DNA from: Anaerolineae bacterium
Lineage (GTDB): Bacteria; Chloroflexota; Anaerolineae; JAAYZQ01
Length of the DNA: 64,000 bases
Direction of reading: 5' to 3'
Assembly: GCA_034435455.1 (NCBI GenBank)
Contig: DAOTXL010000077.1
Coordinates: 9,344-73,343 of the forward strand
Below the pieces are notes generated by a model. The model saw only the letters and a program-made list of their open reading frames with translations, was not told where the DNA came from and did no database searches. Each line of letters starts with the position of its first letter. Within the stretch, counting starts at the first letter, position 1. Below, in pieces: positions 7,417-18,529 of the stretch. Position numbers and translations under genes: made by a program.

Positions 7417-10400
7417 TCACGCCAGGATCGCTTCCAGCATCGCTTCGATCTGGGCGCCGGTTGGATGGCCGGTGAGGATGGCTCCGGCCGGGCAGCGGGT
7501 AGCGCACACCCCCCCGCCGCGACAGATCGCCGGATCGATCCAGGCTATCCGCTTTTCCCCTTCGCCCTGGAGCTGGATGGCGCCGAATTCGCACACCTGC
7601 TCGCAGTCGCCACAGCCACGACAGCGGTCCGGGTCCACCACGGCTGCCATCGCTTCGGGCCAGACATGCTCCTGGCCCAGCCAGGCAGCCGCCCGCGCTG
7701 CGGCGGCCATGCCGGCGATCATGGGATCGACCGTCGGGTCGCAGATAAAGATGCCGGGCCGGTGGGTGTCGGCGCAGCCCCATTCCCCGTGGACGCGGGG
7801 ATGCCGCCCTGGCGTGTCGAACGCGGCGTTGATCTGGGCGTGCTCCTCGGCGTTGCGGGGGGCCAGGACCAGGGCCGAACCCTTCCACAGCGTCGCCCCA
7901 TTGTGCATGACGGTAAAGTGGCCGGGCGTCTGCCGGATCTGCCGGGGGACGGTCTTGAGCCGCAGCGCCTGGATGCGCTGTGCTGAAAGTGCTCCCTGGC
8001 AGATGGTTGCCGCCGGTCCGCTGCCCACAATCAGCACCGTTTTTTCCAGGGGCAGGGAGACGCGCGGCCGCACGACCGACAGCCGCGTTTTGGCCACGGC
8101 CGCCGCGATCATGGCCGAGGCGGTGGCGGTGGCGGCGGCCGGATCGTCGTCGTGGGCCCAGGCGCACTGTTCGCGGATGTTGACGAACTCGAACAGGGGG
8201 TTGCCCCGGTCAAAATGCCGGCCTAGCAGGTTATCTTTGCAGCGCACCCGCTGGTAGGTGCAGCTATAGCACACCTGGTCCACGGCGCAGCAGGAACAGG
8301 CAGCCAGCACCACCCGGTTCAGGTTCTGGTCGGCCACGGCCTGGTAGATGGCATCGGCGGCCTCGGGCGAACAGGATTGGGCCAGCACCTGGCTGTAGAC
8401 CACCCCCTGCCAGGTCCGTGCCTGGGCCTCCACCGCCGCCGTATCCACAATGTCCGAAATCTGGCCGTTGCACCGGCAGATGAACACGCCGATGCGCGCG
8501 GCACCCGCGGCGCTGACCAGCGGTGCCGGGCCGGTGGCAGGCCGTCGCCCGGCAAAGAGGTCCATCATCGCTCGCGCTGCGGCTGCCGATCCGGCCAGGG
8601 GGTCGTCCGGCTCTACCTGGTAGATCCCTTCTCCGGTTGCAAGGGGCAAGTTGTGAGTTACAAGGGGCAAGTTACCTTTTGCCTCTTGTCCCCTGCCCCT
8701 TGCCTCCTCTGCCAGGATGATGGCCCCCACCTCCAGCCGCTCGAAGCGTTCCTGCTGGTTGTGGACAATGGCCTTGGGCTCGCATACCGCCTCGCAGGCC
8801 AGGCACTCGGAGCAGGGCCCGCACATCAGGCAGCGCCGGGCCTCGGCTATGGCGGTCTCGGCGTCGTAGCCCAGCTCCACCTCGGCGTGACTGTGCAGGC
8901 GGCGGGCCATGGGAATGGTGGGGGCGGGGTGGCGGGGCACGGGGGTCAGTTCCTCACGGGTCAGCTCTCGCCGGGCGATGGGCATCTCTCGGGCCGAGAC
9001 CGAGAGCTCGACGGGCGGGATTCCCCGCAGGTAGGCGTCAATGCCGGCGGCTGCCTGCCGGGCAGAGCCGATGGCGTCAATGACCGACACCGGTTGGGTG
9101 ATGGCATCGCCGCCGGCGAACACCCCGGGGCGGTTGGTCATATACGACACCCGGTCCACATTGAAGGTGCCCTCGCGGGTGATGGCAAAGCCGTGCCCTT
9201 CCCCCAGGAACGACAGGTCAGGGGACTGGCCGATGGCCGGCACGACCATGTCAATCTCCAGGGTGAACTCGCTGCCGGCAATGGGCACCGGGCGGCGCCG
9301 GCCGGTGTGATCCGGTTCACCCGGTTTCATGCGCACGCACTCCAGGGCTACCACCCGTCCCTGTTCGTTGCCCAGGATGCGCACCGGAGCGACCAGGAAT
9401 TCGATGGGGACCCCTTCCCGTTCGGCCTCTTCGATCTCCTCGGGCAGGGCCGGCATCTCGGCCCGGGTGCGGCGGTAGAGCACCCGTACATGGTCCACCC
9501 CCAGCCGCTTGAGGGAGCGGGCCACATCCATGGCGGTGTTGCCTCCGCCGATGATCGCCACCCGGGTGGACACCCCTCCCAGCAGATAGCTCAACACCCT
9601 CATCTGCCAGTGCGGATCGTCGGTCTGGTGGGAGAGGTTGATCGCCTTCAGCAGTTCGATGCCGGCGACCACCCCTCGCAGCTCTTCGCCGGGGATGCGC
9701 AGTTTGTGGTCCCGGTGCGCTCCCACGCCGATGAACACCGCCTGGTACCCCATTGCGAACAGGTCGTCCAGGGTGTATTGGCCGTTTGGGCCGATGGGCG
9801 TATTGAGGCGGATCTCCACTCCCAGCCGTTCGATCCGTTCCACCTCGCGCCGGATCACGTCGCGGGGCAGCCGATAGGAGGGGATGCCCACGGCCATCAT
9901 GCCGCCGACCACCGGCAGCGCTTCAAAGACCGTCACCCGATAGCCCTTGCGGGCCAGATCGTCGGCCACGGCCAGGCCGGCCGGCCCGGCGCCGACTATG
10001 GCTACTCGCTGCGCTCCGGCTTCTGGCGGGGTCGTGGGCGGTGGGCACTCCGCCCCTTCTTCTTCCTGCCACTCCCAATCGGCGACAAACCGCTTCAGCA
10101 GGCGGATGGCCACCGCCTCGTCCACCTCGGCGCGGCGGCAGTTGAGCTCGCAGGGGTGGGTGCAGATGCGCCCGCAGATGCCGGGGAAGGGAATGGCCTG
10201 GCGGATCAGGTTCAGGGCCTCCTGGAACCGGCCCTGAGCGATGAGGGCGATGTAGCCCTGGACGTGGATGCCCGCCGGACAGGTGTTGGAGCATGGCGCC
10301 TTGCCCAATTTGTCAATGACCGCACAGCCGGGTTGTGCGCCTTCAAACAGATAAATAGCCTTGTGATCGGTGCCCGGTACCGTCACCGGGCAGACTTTCA

Positions 10401-10710
10401 GGCACTCCTTACAGGCGGTGCATTTGGTCAGGTCCACATAGCGGGGATGTTGGCGCAGCTCGACCTGAAAGCGCCCGGCCTCCCCCTCGGCGCGGTTGAG
10501 GCGCGTGTTGGTCCACAGGGTAATGTTGGGGTGCCTGGCCACCTCCAGCCACCGGGCATTGAGCAGGTGGCGAGGCACTGTAGTCGCGCCGCCGTTGCCC
10601 AGGAAGGGCGAAGGCTCGACCAGGTGGACCTCAATCCCGGAGTTGGCCAGGTCCAGGGCTGCCTGAATGCCGGCAACGCTGCCGCCGATGACAAGTGCAC
10701 CTTTGCTCAC
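7417..10710 (-). CDS. HdrL-like protein: degenerate HdrA scaffold with an inserted NfnB/GltD-type NAD(P)H:Fe-S/FAD module
   Basis: GGSVAGIQAALDLA, RYVDLTKCTACKEC, APCSNTCPAG, CGRICTHPCELNC, VGAGPAG, GGGNTAMDVAR, YRRTR, EARRCLMCGPCSEC, IGVFICRC, FVNIREQCAWAH, C-terminal ferredoxin. Confidence 0.85.
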   Translation of the reverse strand: MSKGALVIGGSVAGIQAALDLANSGIEVHLVEPSPFLGNGGATTVPRHLLNARWLEVARHPNITLWTNTRLNRAEGEAGRFQVELRQHPRYVDLTKCTACKECLKVCPVTVPGTDHKAIYLFEGAQPGCAVIDKLGKAPCSNTCPAGIHVQGYIALIAQGRFQEALNLIRQAIPFPGICGRICTHPCELNCRRAEVDEAVAIRLLKRFVADWEWQEEEGAECPPPTTPPEAGAQRVAIVGAGPAGLAVADDLARKGYRVTVFEALPVVGGMMAVGIPSYRLPRDVIRREVERIERLGVEIRLNTPIGPNGQYTLDDLFAMGYQAVFIGVGAHRDHKLRIPGEELRGVVAGIELLKAINLSHQTDDPHWQMRVLSYLLGGVSTRVAIIGGGNTAMDVARSLKRLGVDHVRVLYRRTRAEMPALPEEIEEAEREGVPIEFLVAPVRILGNEQGRVVALECVRMKPGEPDHTGRRRPVPIAGSEFTLEIDMVVPAIGQSPDLSFLGEGHGFAITREGTFNVDRVSYMTNRPGVFAGGDAITQPVSVIDAIGSARQAAAGIDAYLRGIPPVELSVSAREMPIARRELTREELTPVPRHPAPTIPMARRLHSHAEVELGYDAETAIAEARRCLMCGPCSECLACEAVCEPKAIVHNQQERFERLEVGAIILAEEARGRGQEAKGNLPLVTHNLPLATGEGIYQVEPDDPLAGSAAAARAMMDLFAGRRPATGPAPLVSAAGAARIGVFICRCNGQISDIVDTAAVEAQARTWQGVVYSQVLAQSCSPEAADAIYQAVADQNLNRVVLAACSCCAVDQVCYSCTYQRVRCKDNLLGRHFDRGNPLFEFVNIREQCAWAHDDDPAAATATASAMIAAAVAKTRLSVVRPRVSLPLEKTVLIVGSGPAATICQGALSAQRIQALRLKTVPRQIRQTPGHFTVMHNGATLWKGSALVLAPRNAEEHAQINAAFDTPGRHPRVHGEWGCADTHRPGIFICDPTVDPMIAGMAAAARAAAWLGQEHVWPEAMAAVVDPDRCRGCGDCEQVCEFGAIQLQGEGEKRIAWIDPAICRGGGVCATRCPAGAILTGHPTGAQIEAMLEAILA
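8637..8710. repeat. Inverted heptamer array (CAAGGGG/CCCCTTG type) translated in frame within the HdrL-like gene
   Basis: TTGCAAG GGGCAAG TTGTGAG TTACAAG GGGCAAG TTACCTT TTGCCTC TTGTCCC CTGCCCC TTGCCTC; encodes RGRGQEAKGNLPLVTHNLPLAT. Confidence 0.6.
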
Positions 10711-12281
10711 GTTCTCCCTCTACTTGCCTCTTGTCTCCCTCTCTCGTAGCCGACCTCGAGCGCTTTTATGTTCAGGTCGACCGTTTTGGCCGGCACCGAC
10801 TCGGCTACGGCCTGGCGCATCGCCTCCTTGCTCACTGCGCCGACGATGGCCGTCCAGAAACCGAGCATCACCGTGTTGGCGACGCGGTTGTTGCCCATCT
10901 CCTCGGCGATGCGGGTGGCCGGGAGGCCATAGGTGGTGATGTCCCGGCGATGGTCATCGGGCAGGGTCACCAGGCCGTTGTCAATCAGCAGCGTGCCGCC
11001 GGGGGCCAGCGTCGGGACATATTTGCTGTAGGCTCCCTGCGACATGATGATCATGCTGGTAGGCCGGATCAGGTGGGGGTGGTGGATCGGGTCGCTGGAG
11101 AGGACCACCTGCGATCCGGCAGCACCGCCCCGTGCCTCCGGGCCATAGCTCTGGGTGAAACAGGCCTCTAACCCATCGTAGAGGGCTGCCGCCTGGCCGA
11201 TGATCTTGCCGGCGCTGATAATCCCCTGGCCGCCGAACCCGCCCAATTGCACCTCGGTGCGGGGCACATAGTCGGTCCGCGGCGGCAGGTGGGGCCGCTC
11301 GTCCAGCGCCTTCTTTTCGGCCTGCCACCACTTTTCCCCTCGGGCTGCCAGAGCGTCGAGGGCTTGCTGCAGGTCCGGGCGGGGGTTATCCAGGAACTTG
11401 CCCTCGACGATCTCGACGATCTCGCCCTTTTCGTTCACCTTCACGTCGGCATCTTTGGGGTGGGTGCCGTGGGCGGTCCGGCCCACTTTTTGGTAATACT
11501 TCATCATCTCCAGGCCGCGCCGGCCCAGCCTTTCGGGGTCCAGCCCCCGGCCTTCCGGGTTCCAGCGGGCATAGGCTGTGGAGCAGGGGGCGATGACCTC
11601 GACGAAGCTAAAGCCGGGGTGGGCCAGGGCCTCGCGCAGGGTCCACTCCAACTGCCGGGCGTGGAGCACGGTCCAGCGGGCCACGAACGACGCGCCGCTG
11701 GCTGCCGCCAGGTAGGGCAGGTTGAAGGGGTATTCAAAGTTGCCATATTGGGTCGTTACCGCCCGGGCCTCATGGGGCGTGGTCGGCCCTACCTGGCCAC
11801 CGGTCATGCCGTAGTTAAAGTTGTTGACGCAGACCACCGTGATCTCCAGGTTGCGCCGGGCGGCGTGGATAAAGTGATTGCCGCCGATGCCGGCGATGTC
11901 GCCGTCGCCGGAGAGGACGACCACCTTGAGCTCCGGGTTGGCCAGCTTCAGGCCGGTGGCGAAAGGCAGGGCCCGGCCGTGAGTGGTGTGGAACGAGTCC
12001 AGCCGTACATAGCCGGCAATGCGCCCCGTGCAGCCGATGCCCGATACGACGGCCACCTTGTCCAGGTCCCACCCTTTGTTCTTTTCCAGCCATTGCAACG
12101 CGCCGATAAAGGTGGTCAGGGCGGTGCCCAGGCCGCACCCCTGGCACCAGATGTGGGGCAGCCGCTCGCCGCGCAACAGCTCGTCCATCGGGTGCAACCC
12201 GGTCACCCAGTCGCTCTGGTCGGGCGGCTCGTAGCCCAGCATTCTCAGTCGTTCGCTGCGGTGCATCTCTTCTTCGGGCAT
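10707..12281 (-). CDS. korB: 2-oxoacid:ferredoxin oxidoreductase beta-gamma fusion (KorB-KorC/OorBC)
   Basis: N-half: PHIWCQGCG, VVSGIGC, HGRALPFATG, SGDGD, NNFNYGMTGGQ (TPP binding). C-half: GGFGGQG, SYGPEARGG, NTVMLG (gamma subunit). Confidence 0.9.
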   Translation of the reverse strand: MPEEEMHRSERLRMLGYEPPDQSDWVTGLHPMDELLRGERLPHIWCQGCGLGTALTTFIGALQWLEKNKGWDLDKVAVVSGIGCTGRIAGYVRLDSFHTTHGRALPFATGLKLANPELKVVVLSGDGDIAGIGGNHFIHAARRNLEITVVCVNNFNYGMTGGQVGPTTPHEARAVTTQYGNFEYPFNLPYLAAASGASFVARWTVLHARQLEWTLREALAHPGFSFVEVIAPCSTAYARWNPEGRGLDPERLGRRGLEMMKYYQKVGRTAHGTHPKDADVKVNEKGEIVEIVEGKFLDNPRPDLQQALDALAARGEKWWQAEKKALDERPHLPPRTDYVPRTEVQLGGFGGQGIISAGKIIGQAAALYDGLEACFTQSYGPEARGGAAGSQVVLSSDPIHHPHLIRPTSMIIMSQGAYSKYVPTLAPGGTLLIDNGLVTLPDDHRRDITTYGLPATRIAEEMGNNRVANTVMLGFWTAIVGAVSKEAMRQAVAESVPAKTVDLNIKALEVGYERGRQEASRGRT

Positions 12282-12286
12282 GGTCC

Positions 12287-13570
12287 TTACTCCTCGGCTG
12301 CTGCCACGGCGCTGACCTTTTGGGAAGGGGATCGTCCGTCAGGTGCCCGCACCTGGTCGGGGGAGATCCTGCCGGCCGCCAGGCGGATGACGTCGAGGAC
12401 ATGGTGCGGTTCCAGGATGTCGCCCCCGGCCCGGTTGGCGCCGAACACCAACGCCTGGCCGGCGGCGCAGCGTTCCACTTCGCGGACGATCTGGCCCATG
12501 TTGATCTCCGGCACCACAAAGGCGCGGATGCCTTTGGCCAGTTGCCGGATGCGCTCTTCGGGGAAGGGCCAGACGGTGATCAGCCGCAGGTAGCCCACGC
12601 GGAGGCCCTCCTCCCTGGCCTGTTCGATGGGCCACAGGGAGGTCCGCGCCGAGATGCCGTAGGACACCACCACCACTTCGGCGTCGGCCAGGTAGCGCTC
12701 CTCCACCTGGATGATCTCGGCCCGGTGGGCGCGGATCTTGTTCACCAGCCGCCGGACATTCCATTCGTGGGCCTGGGCGTTCATCACCGGATAGCCCCGC
12801 TCGTCGTGGGTCAGGCCGGTGACATGGATGCGATACCCTTCGCCGGCGATGGTCATGGGCGAGATGTAGCCGTCGCCGTTGCCGGCCGGGTTATCGCGGA
12901 AGATGCGAAAATGGTCGGGGGGCACATCTCCCCGGAGCACCACCGGGCGGTTGACGATTTCGACCTCTTCCGGTGGGGGGATGACCACCTTTTCGGTCAT
13001 ATGGCCCACTTCGGCGTCGCTCATCACCAGCACCGGGACGCGGTATTTTTCCGACAGGTTAAAGGCGCGGATGGTCAGGTCGAACATCTCCTGGGGGGAG
13101 ACGGGCGACAGGGCGATGATCTCATAGTCGCCGTGGGAACCCCAGCGGGCCTGCATCATGTCCTGCTGCCCCACCAGGGTCGGCAGCCCGGTAGAGGGGC
13201 CGCCGCGCTGGACGTTGACCAGCACGCAGGGGGTCTCCAGCATGATGCCCAGGCCCAGGTTTTCCATCATCAGCGAAAAGCCGGGGCCGCTGGTGGCGGT
13301 CATGGCCTTGGCCCCGGCCCACGATGCCCCCAGGATGGCGTTCATCGAGGCCAGCTCATCCTCCATCTGGATATAGACGCCGCCTACCTGGGGCAACCGG
13401 ACCGACATCCGCTCGGCGATCTCGGTTGCCGGGGTGATGGGGTAGCCGGCGAAGAAGCGGCAGCCGGCCAGGATGGCCCCCTCGGCGCAGGCGTGGTCCC
13501 CCAGCATGAAATGTTCGCCGGTCAGCAACCCTTTTGTCGGTTTTGCGGCCAATTCTCCTGGTTTGATCAT
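12287..13570 (-). CDS. korA: 2-oxoacid (2-oxoglutarate):ferredoxin oxidoreductase alpha subunit
   Basis: GCRFFAGYPITPATEI, QMEDE, ATSGPGFSLM, VNVQRGGPSTGLPT, VPEINMGQ. Confidence 0.92.
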   Translation of the reverse strand: MIKPGELAAKPTKGLLTGEHFMLGDHACAEGAILAGCRFFAGYPITPATEIAERMSVRLPQVGGVYIQMEDELASMNAILGASWAGAKAMTATSGPGFSLMMENLGLGIMLETPCVLVNVQRGGPSTGLPTLVGQQDMMQARWGSHGDYEIIALSPVSPQEMFDLTIRAFNLSEKYRVPVLVMSDAEVGHMTEKVVIPPPEEVEIVNRPVVLRGDVPPDHFRIFRDNPAGNGDGYISPMTIAGEGYRIHVTGLTHDERGYPVMNAQAHEWNVRRLVNKIRAHRAEIIQVEERYLADAEVVVVSYGISARTSLWPIEQAREEGLRVGYLRLITVWPFPEERIRQLAKGIRAFVVPEINMGQIVREVERCAAGQALVFGANRAGGDILEPHHVLDVIRLAAGRISPDQVRAPDGRSPSQKVSAVAAAEE

Positions 13571-13875
13571 CGTTCCCCCTCGGCTTTGTGGATCGGCTCG
13601 ATCTTGTCAGGAGGATGCATGCCGCCGTTTTCCACATAGATGGCGAAATCGGGGCACAGCAGGGCACACAGGCCGCAGTTCACGCACCCGGAACCGTCGG
13701 TGATCTCCGGCGGGTGATACCCTTTGGTGTTGGTCTGTTTGGACATGACCAGCACCCCCCGCGGGCAGAACTCGACGCAGAAGCCGCAGCCTTTGCACCG
13801 TTCCTCGATGATCTGGACGATCCCATGCGGTATGCGGACGCGATCGCGGTCCAGTGGTTGTCTCCAGTAGGTCAC
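13567..13875 (-). CDS. korD: 2-oxoacid oxidoreductase delta subunit (2x[4Fe-4S] ferredoxin)
   Basis: CKGCGFCVEFCP and CVNCGLCALLCPDFAI; DABC gene order. Confidence 0.88.
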   Translation of the reverse strand: MTYWRQPLDRDRVRIPHGIVQIIEERCKGCGFCVEFCPRGVLVMSKQTNTKGYHPPEITDGSGCVNCGLCALLCPDFAIYVENGGMHPPDKIEPIHKAEGER

Positions 13876-13889
13876 ACTCCCTCCTTGGT

Positions 13890-13975
13890 AAGCGGCAAGT
13901 GGCAGGTGGCAGGTGGATTTCTTGTTGCCTGCTGCCTGTCCTGAGCCATGCCCTGAGCCTTGTGCTGAGCCAGGA
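13890..13975. repeat. Intergenic heptamer hairpin (GTGGCAG/CTGCCTG) plus CTGAGCC direct repeats
   Basis: gcaagtggcaggtggcaggtgg ... ttgcctgctgcctgtc, then ctgagcc three times. Confidence 0.5.
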
Positions 13976-14053
13976 TTTCAGCAAGTTCCATCGAGCCGCC
14001 GGAGCAAAAGTCGAAGGGGTAGCCGAAGGGCTTGTTCCTGGCTGCTTGCCGCT

Positions 14054-14920
14054 TCAAACCAGTTGTGCCACCAGGTCGGCGATCTGTCCTGGATGGCTGG
14101 CCACCCGCACTCCGACCGCGGCAAAGGCGGCGATCTTTTCGGCTGCCGTACCTTCTCCGCCCTCGATAATGGCGCCGGCATGTCCCATCCGCTTGCCGGG
14201 TGGAGCGGTCTGCCCGGCGATAAAGGCGGTCACCGGTTTGGTCATATAGTGGGCGATAAACTCGGCTGCCCGCTGTTCGTCCGTGCCGCCGATCTCGCCG
14301 ATGAGCACCACCTGTTCGGTCTGCGGGTCCTCTTCGAACAGCCGCAGCACGTCAATAAAGTCGGTGCCGACGATCGGGTCGCCGCCGATGCCAATGGCCG
14401 TGGATTGGCCCAGGCCGTGGGCCGTCAGGGCGTAGACCACCTCGTAGGTCAGGGTGCCGCTGCGTGACACCACGCCAACGGGGCCGGGGGTGTGGATATG
14501 GCCGGGCATGATCCCCACTTTGGCTTCGCCAGGGGTGATGATGCCGGGGCAGTTCGGCCCGATCAGGCGGGTCTCGGTGCGGTCCAGGTAGGCACGCACC
14601 CGGATCATGTCCAGGACCGGGATGCCTTCGGTGATGCATACCACCACCCGGATGCCGACGTCGGCAGCCTCCAGGATGGCATCGGGGGCAAAGCGGGCGG
14701 GGACGTAGATGATGGAGGTATTGGCGCCGGTGGCTTCCACTGCCTCTCGGACCGTGTCGAATACCGGCACGCCGGCCACCCAGCCGCCGCCTTTGCCGGG
14801 CGAGGTACCGGCCACCACGTTGGTGCCATAGTCGATCATCTGCCGGGTATGGAACTCTCCCTCCCGACCGGTAATGCCCTGTACCAGCAGGCGTGTGTCT
14901 TTGTTGACCAGAATGCTCAT
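14054..14920 (-). CDS. sucD: Succinyl-CoA synthetase alpha subunit
   Basis: [37 protein letters not shown] (phospho-His). Confidence 0.97.
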   Translation of the reverse strand: MSILVNKDTRLLVQGITGREGEFHTRQMIDYGTNVVAGTSPGKGGGWVAGVPVFDTVREAVEATGANTSIIYVPARFAPDAILEAADVGIRVVVCITEGIPVLDMIRVRAYLDRTETRLIGPNCPGIITPGEAKVGIMPGHIHTPGPVGVVSRSGTLTYEVVYALTAHGLGQSTAIGIGGDPIVGTDFIDVLRLFEEDPQTEQVVLIGEIGGTDEQRAAEFIAHYMTKPVTAFIAGQTAPPGKRMGHAGAIIEGGEGTAAEKIAAFAAVGVRVASHPGQIADLVAQLV

Positions 14921-14954
14921 TTCTATCCCCTTCTTGTTCCAGGCCGGGCGGGTC

Positions 14955-16091
<1,137 letters not shown>

Positions 16092-16276
16092 TTCTCCCTC
16101 CTCCGCTCAGGGTCCGGCAGCGGGGCGGATGGCCGGGCCGGGCGGCCAGACAACAGGGAGCCAGGCGCACTCCCGACCCCGACCGGCCGGGGGTCGAGGG
16201 GAGATGGCTGGCTCCTCTTGCCTGACCTGGCTTCCTCTTTCACGCCCATCGCCCCATTGCGCGTTTGACGGGGGAT

Positions 16277-16305
16277 ATTATAGCACGCTGTGGCGGGGGA
16301 GGCAA
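16277..16305 (-). promoter_or_regulatory. Sigma70-type promoter of the suc-kor-hdr operon
   Basis: TTGCCT-N17-TATAAT with extended-10 TG. Confidence 0.65.
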
Positions 16306-16405
16306 AATCAGGGAACAGATTGGGTCTATCCTGCGGGGACTTGCACCTGGGCTCCCTAACTTGTTGAGGGGTATCAAAAACAGGCCTGGTATTGCAAGTT
16401 CACTT

Positions 16406-17146
16406 TCATTTGCGGGCGATCAGACCGATATCCTCTCCCAACCGCAGGGGCATGAAAGGGTATCCGATCTGAAACTGAAGCAAGGCTGGCAAAAGAAAAA
16501 AAAGACGTTGTATAACTGTTGGAAAAAGGGGCAAATAGGGCGCATCCCACAATCCATCGCTGAAAACCGTGGCCACGTATAAGCCGGCAGCTTCGATCTG
16601 CTCGATCCATTCTTGAGGCGTGAGAAGCGATATGTGCCCTGGATCGCGGAAGCCGAACCAATTTTGCCCTTTCCAACGTCGAGAGATACATTCGGTATTC
16701 GGCATAAAGCAGAGCAAGACCCCTCGGGGCTTGAGCAGGCGTGCGCAGTGGGCCAGCGTCATCGCCGGCTGAGCCAGATGTTCCAGAACGTGAGCAGCCA
16801 GGATCACGTCAAACGAAGCTGGAGCAAAGGCAGACAGGTTGTGAGCGTCCATCTGCACGATATGGGAGCGGGTGGTAGCCTGGCGAGCCACCTCGACAGC
16901 ATAGCCGGAGATATCTATGCCATAGGTTTCGAAATCTCGCTCCAGGAGGCGCAGGGTGCGCCCCAGGCCACAGCCGATCTCCAGGAGCCGACCGCCCGGT
17001 TGATAGCGGCGGAGCAGGCGAGCAACGAAGCGACCGGCCCACCATTCGTAGCTGAGAGGACCCTGTCTGGCCAGCCGCGCCTGGAAGTAGTGATAGCTGG
17101 CGTCATATTGTTCTGCTGCATTGTCATGCCAGGTATTATCAGCCAT
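16406..17146 (-). CDS. Class I SAM-dependent methyltransferase
   Basis: LLEIGCGLG, YGIDIS, FDVILAAHVLEHL, LLKPRG. Confidence 0.88.
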   Translation of the reverse strand: MADNTWHDNAAEQYDASYHYFQARLARQGPLSYEWWAGRFVARLLRRYQPGGRLLEIGCGLGRTLRLLERDFETYGIDISGYAVEVARQATTRSHIVQMDAHNLSAFAPASFDVILAAHVLEHLAQPAMTLAHCARLLKPRGVLLCFMPNTECISRRWKGQNWFGFRDPGHISLLTPQEWIEQIEAAGLYVATVFSDGLWDAPYLPLFPTVIQRLFFLLPALLQFQIGYPFMPLRLGEDIGLIARK

Positions 17147-17157
17147 GAAGTCGGAGG

Positions 17158-18441
17158 TCAGGGGTGGCCCTTACCCAGCAGGGGGAGAAAAATCTGACCA
17201 TGCGGATTCTGCACGCAAGCTTTGCACGTGAAATAGATGTCACGGTTATCCAAGAGGGGAGAGGGTTCCTCCCAGGCCAGGTACACAGCCTCGTTACCGA
17301 CTAACAGGTCCAGATTACGGCTCAAACGAGTGGAATTATGGACCTCTTCCGGAGCAAACCAGCCTGTTCCATCCCCTGTGCTGTAATACAGGGCAGCTTC
17401 GGTAACTTCTCCGTCCATCAGAATGGCTGCACTCCAGGCCAGATGTAAGGTATTGGAAACATCAGCTCTCAATCCGATGTCGAAGATGCTCTCGTTTGGG
17501 ACTTGCCTGGTGATTGCTGTATAAGGCGACCAGGTATTGTTTGCCAGCACACGTTCCCAGACCGCCGATCTCTTTGATTCTGTCGAGTAGGGGCTGTCCG
17601 GGTCACACCAGACAAAGTGCAGGCGCCCCTGTTTATCGAAGGCCATGTCAAGATCGGAAGCTACGCTGGAGGTGTAGGACACATTGTAGGAGGCCGTCCA
17701 TCCTGAACCGTCGTTGAACAGGTAGTAGGCGTCGTAGAAATAAGGATCATAGCCGATCCAGGAGCTGTTGGGCCCATAGGCTGCGGCGTGAAGGTGGTTC
17801 TGGTCGTCCACGAGCACCCGAGCCAGGTTGACCCCTAAACTGTAATCCCATGCTGTCAAGGGGGACCAGGCGCCATCGTGGAATTCCGCATAACGATAAC
17901 CGCCGTTCCAGACTACGAACAGCAGGACGTGGTCTGATTTTGGGGTAAGGACCAGGCCATACGCGCCAGGGGTGAACGACGGATTGTGATCCAGAACCTC
18001 CTCCGCCTGCCAGGCATTGTCTCGCCACTGGCGGTACATCAGGTCGCTGCCTTCGTCAGGGGCACCAAGTGCTCGGGCGTAGCGGCGGGTCCAGACCAGG
18101 TGCCCCAGGCCATACTGATCAAAGAGCAAGACTGCCCCGCTGTCTGACCAGTCAAACTGTGACAGATTTTCGATGGCAGTCCACTCCCCTGTGCCCGGGT
18201 CTCTGCGCCTGGTCAGGATCTCCTCATTGCCTGGCCCTTCATCCACCCATACAGCATGGAGGGTAAGCGTGGCATCTTGGGCCAACTGAACCGCTTTCGA
18301 TGTTGCCGGGCTCGACGACAGGTTCTGCGCCGGCGCCCAGCCCGCCGAACCGGTCGCCACGACCAGGCCATACGCCAATATGACAGGTAACAAAATCCAG
18401 GGCAGGACCTTCTGTCCCGATTTCATTTTTGGAGCCTTCAC
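17158..18441 (-). CDS. Exported beta-propeller/BNR-like protein with a C-terminal FLPLL tail
   Basis: Hydrophobic N-terminal segment; repeated D-x-x-G-x-x-H-x-x-W units; ends GQIFLPLLGKGHP. Start could be the ATG at 18426. Confidence 0.6.
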   Translation of the reverse strand: MKAPKMKSGQKVLPWILLPVILAYGLVVATGSAGWAPAQNLSSSPATSKAVQLAQDATLTLHAVWVDEGPGNEEILTRRRDPGTGEWTAIENLSQFDWSDSGAVLLFDQYGLGHLVWTRRYARALGAPDEGSDLMYRQWRDNAWQAEEVLDHNPSFTPGAYGLVLTPKSDHVLLFVVWNGGYRYAEFHDGAWSPLTAWDYSLGVNLARVLVDDQNHLHAAAYGPNSSWIGYDPYFYDAYYLFNDGSGWTASYNVSYTSSVASDLDMAFDKQGRLHFVWCDPDSPYSTESKRSAVWERVLANNTWSPYTAITRQVPNESIFDIGLRADVSNTLHLAWSAAILMDGEVTEAALYYSTGDGTGWFAPEEVHNSTRLSRNLDLLVGNEAVYLAWEEPSPLLDNRDIYFTCKACVQNPHGQIFLPLLGKGHP

Positions 18442-18529
18442 GGCTTGCCTGATCTGACAACCAGAAAGAAGCGAAGGGCCACTGAGACCCCCAGTGGCCC
18501 TTCCAGAGACAGTTCGTCAGTCGTTTGGT

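Noticed and set aside
16210-16250. CCAGGTCAGG...CAGCC resembling the SRP RNA helix 8 in the sucC leader
   Set aside because: Lacks the 3-bp stem with GNRA loop and AGCAG, and has no long enclosing helix.
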